Positions 29,985 through 38,711 of a stretch of DNA of 64,000 nucleotides are shown here, in pieces. Each line of letters starts with the position of its first letter. Position 1 is the stretch's first letter. This DNA comes from Bacteroidales bacterium. GTDB taxonomy: Bacteria; Bacteroidota; Bacteroidia; Bacteroidales; UBA932. The stretch lies in assembly GCA_015060255.1 (NCBI GenBank), contig SUYV01000003.1, positions 6,590 to 70,589 of the forward strand, given 5' to 3'. Under the pieces are notes generated by a model, which was not told the DNA's origin, made no database searches, and worked only from the letters and a program-made list of their open reading frames with translations. The position numbers and the translations under genes were made by a program.

Positions 29985-31151
29985 TCAATTTTTCTTGATC
30001 CTGATGCTGCATCTCTGCAGCAGATCCGTGGAGATGAAGCCATCCATCTCGAGAATCGTTATGAGATTTGATGCCGTGGCGTAACCGATTCCCATTCTCT
30101 GGGCCAGTTCCTCTATGGTTATGCCGCGTTCTTCCTGTATGATTGCCATGATGTCTTTCATCATGGACATATGCCCGGGGTCTGTCTGGTCCTTGTAGGC
30201 GCTTTCTATGATTTCTGACCAGGAGACCGTCCTGCCCGGAGCCGCCTTGCTGAACCCTAGATTGCCGACCAGGCTGCGTATGTCGGTCATGGGCTCTGCT
30301 ATCTTGCTGCTGATCAGGCTATTGCATCCTTGTGACCTTATGTCGTCCACTCTCCCGGGAAGAGCGTATACATCCCTGTCATATGAGAAGGCCAGACGGG
30401 CGGTCATCATTCCTCCTCCCTTCAGCTTGGATTCGATGAGGATCGTGGCTTTGCTGAGTCCTGCAATGATCCTGTTTCTTCTCAAGAAATGTATGGGTAG
30501 CGGAGGCGTTCCGGGAGGATAATCCGTGACCAGGGCGCATCCGGGTGTCTTGCACAGCATATCAGCGAATGCACTGTGACGGTAAGGGTATACGTCGTCC
30601 GGTCCGGTTGCCATCACGGCAATGGTAGGAAGCCCGAACTCTATCGCTGCCTTATGTGCACAGATATCTGTTCCAAGTGCCAGTCCGCTGATTATGACCG
30701 GCTTGTCTTCTGATGAGGCCAATTCTGCCACGGTCTTCCGGCACCACTCCTTGCCATATTGGGAGACGTCCCTCGTGCCGACGATGGATATGCTCGCCGA
30801 CGGTTTCCATAGTTCTGTCGCAGGAGTTGAGCTTTTGATGTACAGGCCCAGCGGGGCGTCCGGGCATTCTTCAAGAAGTCCGGGGTAACCTTCCTGCCCC
30901 CATCCGACAAAGTCAATACCTTGTCTTTCCAGCCTTTTCAACTCGTCCTCGGCTTCGTATACTGCAGCCTTCCGTATGCTGGCGGTATGCTTCGAAAACG
31001 GACCGAGCAAATCCGTCAGTTGTTCCTTTCCTGTCCTGAAAACCTCGCGTGCACTTCCGAGGTGCCTTATAAGTGCTGTTCCTGTCTTTGGCTCGAATCC
31101 GAAGATCTTGCCAAGTGCACATAGACACACCTTTTCCTCAAAATCGTTCAT
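29985..31151 (-). CDS. dprA: DNA-processing protein DprA
   Basis: IVGTR, SGLALGTD, FLRRNRII and ALPG motifs; C-terminal winged helix. Confidence 0.93.
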   Translation of the reverse strand: MNDFEEKVCLCALGKIFGFEPKTGTALIRHLGSAREVFRTGKEQLTDLLGPFSKHTASIRKAAVYEAEDELKRLERQGIDFVGWGQEGYPGLLEECPDAPLGLYIKSSTPATELWKPSASISIVGTRDVSQYGKEWCRKTVAELASSEDKPVIISGLALGTDICAHKAAIEFGLPTIAVMATGPDDVYPYRHSAFADMLCKTPGCALVTDYPPGTPPLPIHFLRRNRIIAGLSKATILIESKLKGGGMMTARLAFSYDRDVYALPGRVDDIRSQGCNSLISSKIAEPMTDIRSLVGNLGFSKAAPGRTVSWSEIIESAYKDQTDPGHMSMMKDIMAIIQEERGITIEELAQRMGIGYATASNLITILEMDGFISTDLLQRCSIRIKKN

Positions 31152-31168
31152 GCCGCCAAGGTATAACG

Positions 31169-31204
31169 AAAATCGGTTCCCAGACAGCTCTGAGAACCGA
31201 TTTT
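31169..31204 (-). terminator. Stem-loop between queA and dprA (probable queA terminator)
   Basis: AAAATCGGTTC...GAACCGATTTT 11-bp stem, extended by TCAG/CTGG pairing on the minus strand. Confidence 0.6.
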
Positions 31205-31274
31205 TCTTTTTCTTTAAAGGATTTTTTCTTTTTCTTTAAATTATTTCTCTTTTTTTAACAAAACTAATCCTTCA

Positions 31275-32324
31275 TCAGATGATAAGCAGCGCATCTCCGT
31301 ATGGACCGAACTTGTAGTCCTGCTCGAGCGCGGTCTTGTAAGCCTTCATGACATTCTCGTATCCTCCGAATGCCGCTACCGACATGAGCATTGTAGAACC
31401 GGGACGGTGGAAGTTGGATACGATCGCATTCGGAACTGCAAACCTGTGAGGCGGGAAGATGAACTTGTTGGTCCATCCGTCATATGCATTGACCTCGTCG
31501 TTGGTTGTCGTGTAGGTTTCAAGACCGCGGATGACGGTGATACCTACTGCAAGAACCTTGTGTCCTGCTTTCTTTGTGCTGTTGATCAGGTTGGCGGCTT
31601 CCTCTGTTATTATGAGTCTCTCAGAGTCCATCTTGTGCTTTGAAAGATCCTCGACATCCACTTCCCTGAAGTGTCCGATACCCATATGGAGTGTGATGAA
31701 CGCTTTGTTTATGTCCTTGAGAATCATTCTGTTGAAGAGCTCGCGGCTGAAGTGGAGGCCTGCGGCAGGTGCAGAAACGGCTCCCTCGTGCTTCGCGAAG
31801 ATTGTCTGGAAATTCTCGGCATCTTCAGGAGTCACTTCCTTCTTTACCCAATCAGGAACCGGTGTCTGGCCGAGTCCGAAGAGAGTTTCCTTGAAGTCCT
31901 CGTAGCTGCCGTCATAAAGGAAGCGGAGAGTACGTCCTCTTGAGGTGGTGTTGTCGATTACTTCGGCCACAAGACTTTCGTCTTCTCCGAAGTACAGCTT
32001 GTTTCCGATTCTGATCTTTCTCGCAGGGTCTACGATGACGTCCCAAAGCCTCTGCTCGCGGTTGAGCTCCCTGAGGAGGAATACCTCGATGTCTGCTCCA
32101 GTCTTCTCCTTGTTTCCGTACAATCTCGCAGGGAATACCTTTGTGTCGTTAAGGACGAATGTGTCACCTTTTTCGAAATAATCGATGATATCCTTGAACA
32201 GCTTGTGCTCTATCTCGCCTGTCTTTCTGTTCAGCACCATCATCTTGCACTCGTCTCTCCATCTTGGTGGCTCCGACGCTATCCTGTCTGCAGGCAGGTT
32301 GAACTGGAATTGTGAAAGTTTCAT
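31275..32324 (-). CDS. queA: S-adenosylmethionine:tRNA ribosyltransferase-isomerase
   Basis: [21 protein letters not shown] and YKFGPYGDA. Confidence 0.95.
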   Translation of the reverse strand: MKLSQFQFNLPADRIASEPPRWRDECKMMVLNRKTGEIEHKLFKDIIDYFEKGDTFVLNDTKVFPARLYGNKEKTGADIEVFLLRELNREQRLWDVIVDPARKIRIGNKLYFGEDESLVAEVIDNTTSRGRTLRFLYDGSYEDFKETLFGLGQTPVPDWVKKEVTPEDAENFQTIFAKHEGAVSAPAAGLHFSRELFNRMILKDINKAFITLHMGIGHFREVDVEDLSKHKMDSERLIITEEAANLINSTKKAGHKVLAVGITVIRGLETYTTTNDEVNAYDGWTNKFIFPPHRFAVPNAIVSNFHRPGSTMLMSVAAFGGYENVMKAYKTALEQDYKFGPYGDALLII

Positions 32325-32414
32325 ATGTCTTTTTTGAAATTTAACTGCAAATCATATCATTATACGATTATTTGCAGATTTTGTTTCAACTGACATGCAA
32401 AAAATCAGCCGAAG

Positions 32415-33026
32415 CTACACTTTTGCCTCTCTGAAGACTTCGAGTATTGACGGATAAGTGTTTGTCAGGAAAGGAGGAAGGCTTGATTTCGCCACCCATG
32501 CAGCCTTTGCGATGTCTTCTTCCTGCTGCGGTGTCAGGTCTGTAGGGTCGGTGTATAACATATCGAACCACCATGTATGCTTCAGATGCCATATCCCGTT
32601 TCTTTTGTAACAGTGGTCTGTAATGCAGATCAGCCCTCTTGACTGCAGTTCATAGATGCCGGTCTCCTCACGTACCTCCCTGAGTGCTGTCGTCTCGATG
32701 TCTTCACCCGGATCCTGATGCCCCTTCGGGAGATCCCACAGGCCGTTTCTGCTGATCAGGAGATAGTCGCCCCTTCTGTTTGAAACCAATCCTCCACCGG
32801 CATTTACCTCAAGGAACTCCGAGCATATTCCGGCGTAAGTCTCTTCTACGTCTGCCGTAGGTATGTATATCCTGTGCAGATTGTCTGACGTCTCCACCAT
32901 CTCCACGAGAGAATGTATGTCTGCGCTGGAGCCTATGTTGAAAAGGATTGCGTTCGGGTCAGTCAAGGCCATCTCGTCAGGATGGCAGATTATTATGCAC
33001 CTCTTTTCGAAGTATATTTTGTACAT
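32415..33026 (-). CDS. NUDIX hydrolase
   Basis: Nudix box LPKGHQDPGEDIETTALREVREETG; true start taken at ATG 33026 (MYKIYF). Confidence 0.9.
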   Translation of the reverse strand: MYKIYFEKRCIIICHPDEMALTDPNAILFNIGSSADIHSLVEMVETSDNLHRIYIPTADVEETYAGICSEFLEVNAGGGLVSNRRGDYLLISRNGLWDLPKGHQDPGEDIETTALREVREETGIYELQSRGLICITDHCYKRNGIWHLKHTWWFDMLYTDPTDLTPQQEEDIAKAAWVAKSSLPPFLTNTYPSILEVFREAKV

Positions 33027-33132
33027 TTGACCTATAATTTTATTAACTTTGCCAATCATGCTTGTTCCGGCACGTCTGATGCAGGTGCAAAGATAAGCAG
33101 AAGAACTGAAAAACAAATCAAAGGAAATAACT

Positions 33133-33771
33133 ATGGAATCAGTAGAAAAAGCAGTAGCCAAGTCACTTCTTGACATAAAGGCAGTGATGTTGAGACCTGA
33201 AAATCCATTTACCTGGGCGTCAGGTTGGAAATCGCCTATATATTGTGATAACAGAAAGGTCCTTTCATATCCGGAAATACGTGAGAACATATGTCAGTGG
33301 ATGGCTGAAATCATCAGAAAGAGATATCCTGATGTTGAAGTCATTGCCGGTGTCGCAACCGGTGCGATCGCTCATGGCTATCTTGTCGCCCATATCCTCG
33401 GCAAGCCGTTCTGCTATGTGAGGCCTAAGCCAAAGGATCATGGTACAGGCTCTCAGATCGAGGGACTTCTTGACAAGGGTGCAAAGGTTGTCATTGTCGA
33501 AGACCTCATTTCGACAGGTATGAGCAGTCTTGCGGCAAAGAATGCTCTCGTGAATGCGGGCGCTAACATCATGGGTATGGTTGCCATCTTCTCATATAAT
33601 TTCAACCAGTCGCGCAAGGCTTTTGAAAATGCAGATGTCGAGCTTACCACTCTTTCAAATTACGATACACTCATAGAAGTGGCATCCGAGACCGGCTATG
33701 TAAAGGAGTCGGACAAGGATGTTCTGAAGGAGTGGAGATTCTCACCTTCTACCTGGGGCAAGACCGAATAA
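33133..33771 (+). CDS. pyrE: Orotate phosphoribosyltransferase
   Basis: FTWASGWKSPIYCDNR and the PRPP motif VEDLISTG. Confidence 0.96.
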   Translation: MESVEKAVAKSLLDIKAVMLRPENPFTWASGWKSPIYCDNRKVLSYPEIRENICQWMAEIIRKRYPDVEVIAGVATGAIAHGYLVAHILGKPFCYVRPKPKDHGTGSQIEGLLDKGAKVVIVEDLISTGMSSLAAKNALVNAGANIMGMVAIFSYNFNQSRKAFENADVELTTLSNYDTLIEVASETGYVKESDKDVLKEWRFSPSTWGKTE

Positions 33772-33772
33772 T

Positions 33773-34219
33773 ATGGCAGTCGAGATAAAGAGCAAGCGTG
33801 CCGTGGTGTCCAAGGCTCCCTATGAGCTGTACATGACATTCGTGGATATGCGCAATTTCGTCCAGTTTCTTCCAGAAGACAAGAAACAGGGTGTGAATGC
33901 CGATTATGATACCATTCATGCAGAAGTGCAGGGGTTCAATATCGGAGTCAAGGTCGTGGAGCGTGTTCCGTATTCAAGGATAGAATATGCAGACGATGGA
34001 GCTCCGTTCCAGTTCCGTCTCAAGCTTCACTTCGATGCCGCATCCGATCCGTATAAGACCGATTTCCAGATCGTGGTCGATGCGGAGCTGAACTTTATGA
34101 TGAAGACCATTCTCGGAGGAAAGATCAAGGATGGTCTGGATAAGGTTGTGGATGCCCTGGTGGCAATGTCCGAGGGCAGGATGCCTGAAGGTGTGGATCC
34201 GTCTATGTTCAATAAATGA
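33773..34219 (+). CDS. SRPBCC/START-like hypothetical protein
   Basis: 148 aa immediately after pyrE; pattern resembles SRPBCC-fold proteins. Confidence 0.6.
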   Translation: MAVEIKSKRAVVSKAPYELYMTFVDMRNFVQFLPEDKKQGVNADYDTIHAEVQGFNIGVKVVERVPYSRIEYADDGAPFQFRLKLHFDAASDPYKTDFQIVVDAELNFMMKTILGGKIKDGLDKVVDALVAMSEGRMPEGVDPSMFNK

Positions 34220-35595
34220 TAGCAGACCAGTCATTCAAGAAGTATATGGAAGAGGCGATAGGGAGCGAAAATGCCCTTGTCGCTTTTTCTGCATTTGATG
34301 AGCCGGCTTCAGTGTCGGTGCGCCTGAATCCCTTCAAGGGGACTTCAGGGCCGCAGGGGCGTGAGGTGAGCTGGTGCCGATATGGACGTATTCTGGAGGA
34401 ACGTCCGGTCTTTACGCTTGATCCGTTGTTCCATGCCGGAGCCTATTACGTCCAGGATTCATCGTCGATGTTTGTGGGTTATGCGTTCCGTGAATTTCTC
34501 AAGGATTTTCCTAAACCTGCATCCCGCCCGTTGAGGGTACTTGACCTTTGTGCGGCTCCGGGAGGGAAGACCACGGATCTTGCATCGTCCCTCAGAGAAG
34601 CATGCGGGGATGATTTTTTGCTGGTTGCCAATGAAGTCATGAAGGCCAGGGTCGGTGTCCTGGCGGACAATGTCGCGATATGGGGTGACCCGAATGTCGT
34701 TGTGACGACCGATGATCCTCGTGCGTTTCAGGCCCTCCCGGGTTTCTTCGATATCGTCGTGACCGATGTGCCATGTTCCGGAGAAGGAATGTTCAGAAAG
34801 GATGAGGAGGCTCAGCGGCAGTGGTCGGAGGATAATGTGGCATTATGCGAGTCCCGGCAGAGAAGGATTCTCGCAGATGTATGGCCTGCATTGAGACAGG
34901 AGGGCATTCTGATATATTCTACTTGTACGTTCAACCGTTTGGAGAATGACGGTAATGTGGCATGGATAGAGGCAGAACTGGGAGCTGTATGCCAGACAAA
35001 GGAAGATGTGATGGGCCATAAGCAGGGAGTCCTGAAGACGGATATGGGATATAGCCTTGTTCCGGGTCTCGTTGAGGGGGAAGGGCAATATTGTGCCGTT
35101 CTGCGTAAGACATCGGATGTCGTTTTCCGTGATGTCAGGTCCGGAGGACGCAGGCCTGCGCCAAAAGTCAAGGGCAATCCGGTGCCGAAAGAGGCTGCCG
35201 GTCTGGTAAGTGTACCGGTGGTCTTGAGACTGAGAGGAAATACGGTTGTGGCGGTGCCAGATAGGATCGCTTCTGAAGTTGAGATGATTGAACAGGAACT
35301 GCACGTCGTGGCTGCCGGGTGTGCCCTTGGTACGCTTAAGGGAAACGTGCTTGTACCTGATGCCGATCTGTCTTTGTCAATGATATTGTCGGATGAGGCT
35401 TATCCTTCGGTTGAGGTTGACAGGCAGACCGCATTGGCGTTCCTGCACAGGGATAATGTAGTGTTTCCTGAGGCGCCGAAAGGCTATCTTCTGGTCAGGT
35501 ATCAGGGACATCCGCTTGGTTTTGTGAAGAATCTGGGAAACAGATGCAACAGCCTGCATCCGCAGAGCAGACGCATCAGAATGGAGATAAGATGA
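34216..35595 (+). CDS. rsmF: RsmF/NOL1/NOP2 rRNA m5C methyltransferase
   Basis: YVQDSSS, LDLCAAPGGKT, DVPCSGEGMFRK and YSTCT. Confidence 0.88.
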   Translation: MIADQSFKKYMEEAIGSENALVAFSAFDEPASVSVRLNPFKGTSGPQGREVSWCRYGRILEERPVFTLDPLFHAGAYYVQDSSSMFVGYAFREFLKDFPKPASRPLRVLDLCAAPGGKTTDLASSLREACGDDFLLVANEVMKARVGVLADNVAIWGDPNVVVTTDDPRAFQALPGFFDIVVTDVPCSGEGMFRKDEEAQRQWSEDNVALCESRQRRILADVWPALRQEGILIYSTCTFNRLENDGNVAWIEAELGAVCQTKEDVMGHKQGVLKTDMGYSLVPGLVEGEGQYCAVLRKTSDVVFRDVRSGGRRPAPKVKGNPVPKEAAGLVSVPVVLRLRGNTVVAVPDRIASEVEMIEQELHVVAAGCALGTLKGNVLVPDADLSLSMILSDEAYPSVEVDRQTALAFLHRDNVVFPEAPKGYLLVRYQGHPLGFVKNLGNRCNSLHPQSRRIRMEIR

Positions 35596-36458
35596 AAAGA
35601 ATGATGTATATGGTGGCTGCGACGCTTCTGTGTATCGCAGCGACAGCGCAGGAGTCGGAATTTCTGCGTAGATATAATGTGCTTGTCGGCAGGGTGGGAC
35701 CTGCAGGATTAGGTGTTGAAACCCTTCTGGACAACTGGAGCAAGGAGGAGCCTGACAACCCGGATCAGCTCGTGGCACGTTTCCACTATTATATCGTAAA
35801 GAGCCAGGGTACGGAGATTGTCAACCGCAGGGACGCCAAATATCTCGGACTTGCGCCAGTGTTGTCATTGAAGGATTCCACAGGCACGGATGTGCATTAT
35901 TATGAGTTGCTCACATACGATGAGGCTCTGTTTGCGGAGGCCCTCAAGGCAGCCGACAAGGCAATTGCGGTTTATCCCGAGAGGCTCGACTTCCGTTTCA
36001 TGAAGGCCAATGCATATCTGTCATATGAGAGGGAAAGTCCTGATATGGCCTTGTCTAATCTGATTGCCCTTGTGCACGAGTTCATGTCAGGTTCCGGAGA
36101 GTGGGTATATCCTCAGGATGCGGGTGCAGTTTCTCCTGTAGATAAGGAGACATTCGCCCAGCTGATGCAGGAATATTGCTATAGCTTCTATTCGCTCGGT
36201 ACTCCTTCCGGATATGAGGCTTTTTATAAGCTTTCTGTCAAGATGAATTCATTTTATCCGAAGAATACCGATTTCCTCTGTAATATCGGATCTTACCATA
36301 TGGTGGCTCAGAACAATTGTAAGACTGCCTTGAAATACTATGATAAGGTTCTGAAAATCAAGCCGGATGATTACTCTGCCCTGAATAATTCCGTTCTGGC
36401 GGCGCGAAAACTGAAGAATCCGAAACTGGAAAAGAAATATATGAAGATGCTTAAGTAA
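35592..36458 (+). CDS. Exported TPR-repeat protein
   Basis: Signal peptide MKRMMYMVAATLLCIAATA; TPR-like ALKYYDKVLKIKPDD. Confidence 0.75.
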   Translation: MKRMMYMVAATLLCIAATAQESEFLRRYNVLVGRVGPAGLGVETLLDNWSKEEPDNPDQLVARFHYYIVKSQGTEIVNRRDAKYLGLAPVLSLKDSTGTDVHYYELLTYDEALFAEALKAADKAIAVYPERLDFRFMKANAYLSYERESPDMALSNLIALVHEFMSGSGEWVYPQDAGAVSPVDKETFAQLMQEYCYSFYSLGTPSGYEAFYKLSVKMNSFYPKNTDFLCNIGSYHMVAQNNCKTALKYYDKVLKIKPDDYSALNNSVLAARKLKNPKLEKKYMKMLK

Positions 36459-37627
36459 TGGATGCATCGTTCTTCATAGCCTCAAGAATCCGTTTCAGAC
36501 GGAAGATCGTGATGGTTTCCATCGCGGTCAGTTTCCTTGTCATGATAATTGCGGTAGCGGTGTCGTCAGGTTTTCGTCGTGAAATAAGGAACGGTCTGTC
36601 CGAGGTCGCCGGAGATGTCCAGCTTACTCTTCCGGACCTGAATTATCTTGAGGAGAGCAGTCCTGTGGATACTGATCCTGCATTCCTTCCGTATGTGTTG
36701 GAAATGGACGAGGTGGAGTCTGTCGATCCTGTCATATATAGGGCGGGAATCGTCAAGTCGGATGAGGATATATACGGGATACTTGTCAAAGGTATCGAGG
36801 GGGGAGTCTCTGACTCTTTGGGGTTGGCAGTCGCGATTCCATCTTCTTTTGCTGAAATGTCCGGACTCAAGGCAGGGGACAGACTGCTGACCTACTTCAT
36901 AGGAGAGAAGATCAAGGTGCGTCAGTTCAATATTGCAGAAATATATGATGACCTGCTGTCTGCCGATGGACGTTTCCTGGTATATGCGGATATAGCCGAT
37001 ATGCGTCGTCTGAATGAGTGGGATGCAGGTCAGGCCTCGCTTATGGAAGTCCGTCTTAAGAGTGATCTTACTGATGAGCAGGCAATCAATGCTGCGGCTT
37101 CCGAAATCGGTTACAGGATGAATGCCTATGCTTCTGAAGAAGATGATACATTGGTGGCCACATCATCAGTCTCACGTTATCCTCAGCTTTTCGATTGGCT
37201 TGGACTCATTGATTTCAATGTCTTCTTCATTCTGATGCTTATGACTGTCGTAGCTGGATTCAATATGATTTCAGGCCTTCTGATAATGCTATTCGAGAAT
37301 ATATCTACAATAGGCCTCTTGAAATCCTTGGGCATGACTGACCGTGCGATAGCAAAGGTCTTTCTGTCAAGTTCGGCAGTACTGGTCCTTAAGGGTATGG
37401 CAATAGGAAATGCAATAGCATTCCTCATCTGCATAATACAGGATACGACACATCTACTCAGACTTGATCCTGAGAATTACTTTGTGTCGTCTGTTCCTGT
37501 AAATCTTGATTTTTCTGCTATTCTGATTGCAGATGCCGCAGCTTTCATTGTGATAATGCTGCTGTTGCTGATACCGTCCCTTTTTATCTCCCGCGTTGAT
37601 CCGGCAGAGACTGTCAGGGTCAGATAG
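36458..37627 (+). CDS. LolC/E-type ABC transporter permease (lipoprotein release)
   Basis: AVSSGF, FNMISGLL, IGLLKSLGM and a C-terminal P-A-E motif. Confidence 0.85.
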   Translation: MDASFFIASRIRFRRKIVMVSIAVSFLVMIIAVAVSSGFRREIRNGLSEVAGDVQLTLPDLNYLEESSPVDTDPAFLPYVLEMDEVESVDPVIYRAGIVKSDEDIYGILVKGIEGGVSDSLGLAVAIPSSFAEMSGLKAGDRLLTYFIGEKIKVRQFNIAEIYDDLLSADGRFLVYADIADMRRLNEWDAGQASLMEVRLKSDLTDEQAINAAASEIGYRMNAYASEEDDTLVATSSVSRYPQLFDWLGLIDFNVFFILMLMTVVAGFNMISGLLIMLFENISTIGLLKSLGMTDRAIAKVFLSSSAVLVLKGMAIGNAIAFLICIIQDTTHLLRLDPENYFVSSVPVNLDFSAILIADAAAFIVIMLLLLIPSLFISRVDPAETVRVR

Positions 37628-37628
37628 A

Positions 37629-38711
37629 TCAGGCCTCAGGGCATATCTTGCAGATTGCATCATAGATGAACATTATGTTTTCTATGTATGCAATGGTTTC
37701 ATGACCCTGGAACTTGCCCAGCTTTACGGCTTCGTTTGTCAGGATGTCGTCTTCCCTCATAAGCGGAATGATCTTTACTATTTCATCCCATCTGTTCTTG
37801 TCGACATTCATTGAAGCGGCAAAATTGCGGCAGTCCATTATCCTTCCTTCTCCTGCGTTATATGCGGCGAGGGTGAATTTCACCATCTCCTCTGGAGATA
37901 TATCTGTCTTGTTGTACAGTTTCTGCAGCCTTTTCAGATGACTGGTACCTGCAATGAGATTCTTTTCCGGGTCAAGAAGATTGTCTACCTTGTAATATTC
38001 TGCCGTATGCGGCATTACCTGCATCAGTCCCTGGGCTCCTCTGTGTGACACCGAATTGATCGAGAACTTTGATTCCTGATATACGACGGCTGCCAGCATT
38101 CTCCAATCCCATCCCAGTTGTGAGGCATATTTCCTGAAAAGGTCATCATATGGACTTACAGTTCGCGTGATGATGCCTTTTTCAGCGCGTCTGATCGGAT
38201 TGAATGCATGGAAATACTGCGATTTCAACGCAGAATATTCTTCAGTCGTGCAGAAATGCATAAGCCAGCCGTTGATGTGTCTCAAGGCATTGAGATCGTT
38301 GCCTCCTACGGCCCATGCAGAACATCCGTTGACCTTGTACGAAAGATTCAGGTCTGTCGATGCGATGGTATCGTCGTAATGCATTACCAGTATGTCCAGG
38401 CTTCCGGAACGGAGCGAATCGACATAATTGACCGTCTTCTTACCTGCATTGACAACTGTGATGTTGCAATTGTTTTCCTGAGCAAACCTGTTCAGGAGTT
38501 CATAACTGAAGCCTGTCTCCAGGCCGTGCGCACCTAGCATATCGTCACCGAGGTCTATTGCGCATACAAGATGCTTGCCGGCAAAATAGTCTTCATTGCT
38601 GCTCGCTCCGCTAAGGAGACGGCCTCTTTCACAAAGAGGAGTGATGCAGATCACTATCAATGATATTATAAGGCATCTTGTTCTTCTGATTCTCTTTTCT
38701 GTAAACTTCAT
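37629..38711 (-). CDS. MltF-like lytic transglycosylase (partial SBP domain plus SLT domain)
   Basis: GFSYELL, YQESKF, GLMQ and AYNAG; true start ATG 38711, overlapping the porin stop. Confidence 0.85.
   Translation of the reverse strand: MKFTEKRIRRTRCLIISLIVICITPLCERGRLLSGASSNEDYFAGKHLVCAIDLGDDMLGAHGLETGFSYELLNRFAQENNCNITVVNAGKKTVNYVDSLRSGSLDILVMHYDDTIASTDLNLSYKVNGCSAWAVGGNDLNALRHINGWLMHFCTTEEYSALKSQYFHAFNPIRRAEKGIITRTVSPYDDLFRKYASQLGWDWRMLAAVVYQESKFSINSVSHRGAQGLMQVMPHTAEYYKVDNLLDPEKNLIAGTSHLKRLQKLYNKTDISPEEMVKFTLAAYNAGEGRIMDCRNFAASMNVDKNRWDEIVKIIPLMREDDILTNEAVKLGKFQGHETIAYIENIMFIYDAICKICPEA

Noticed and set aside
31199-31262. Repeats as a CRISPR array or phase-variation switch
   Set aside because: Only 2-3 degenerate low-complexity units with no spacers, cas genes or invertase nearby.
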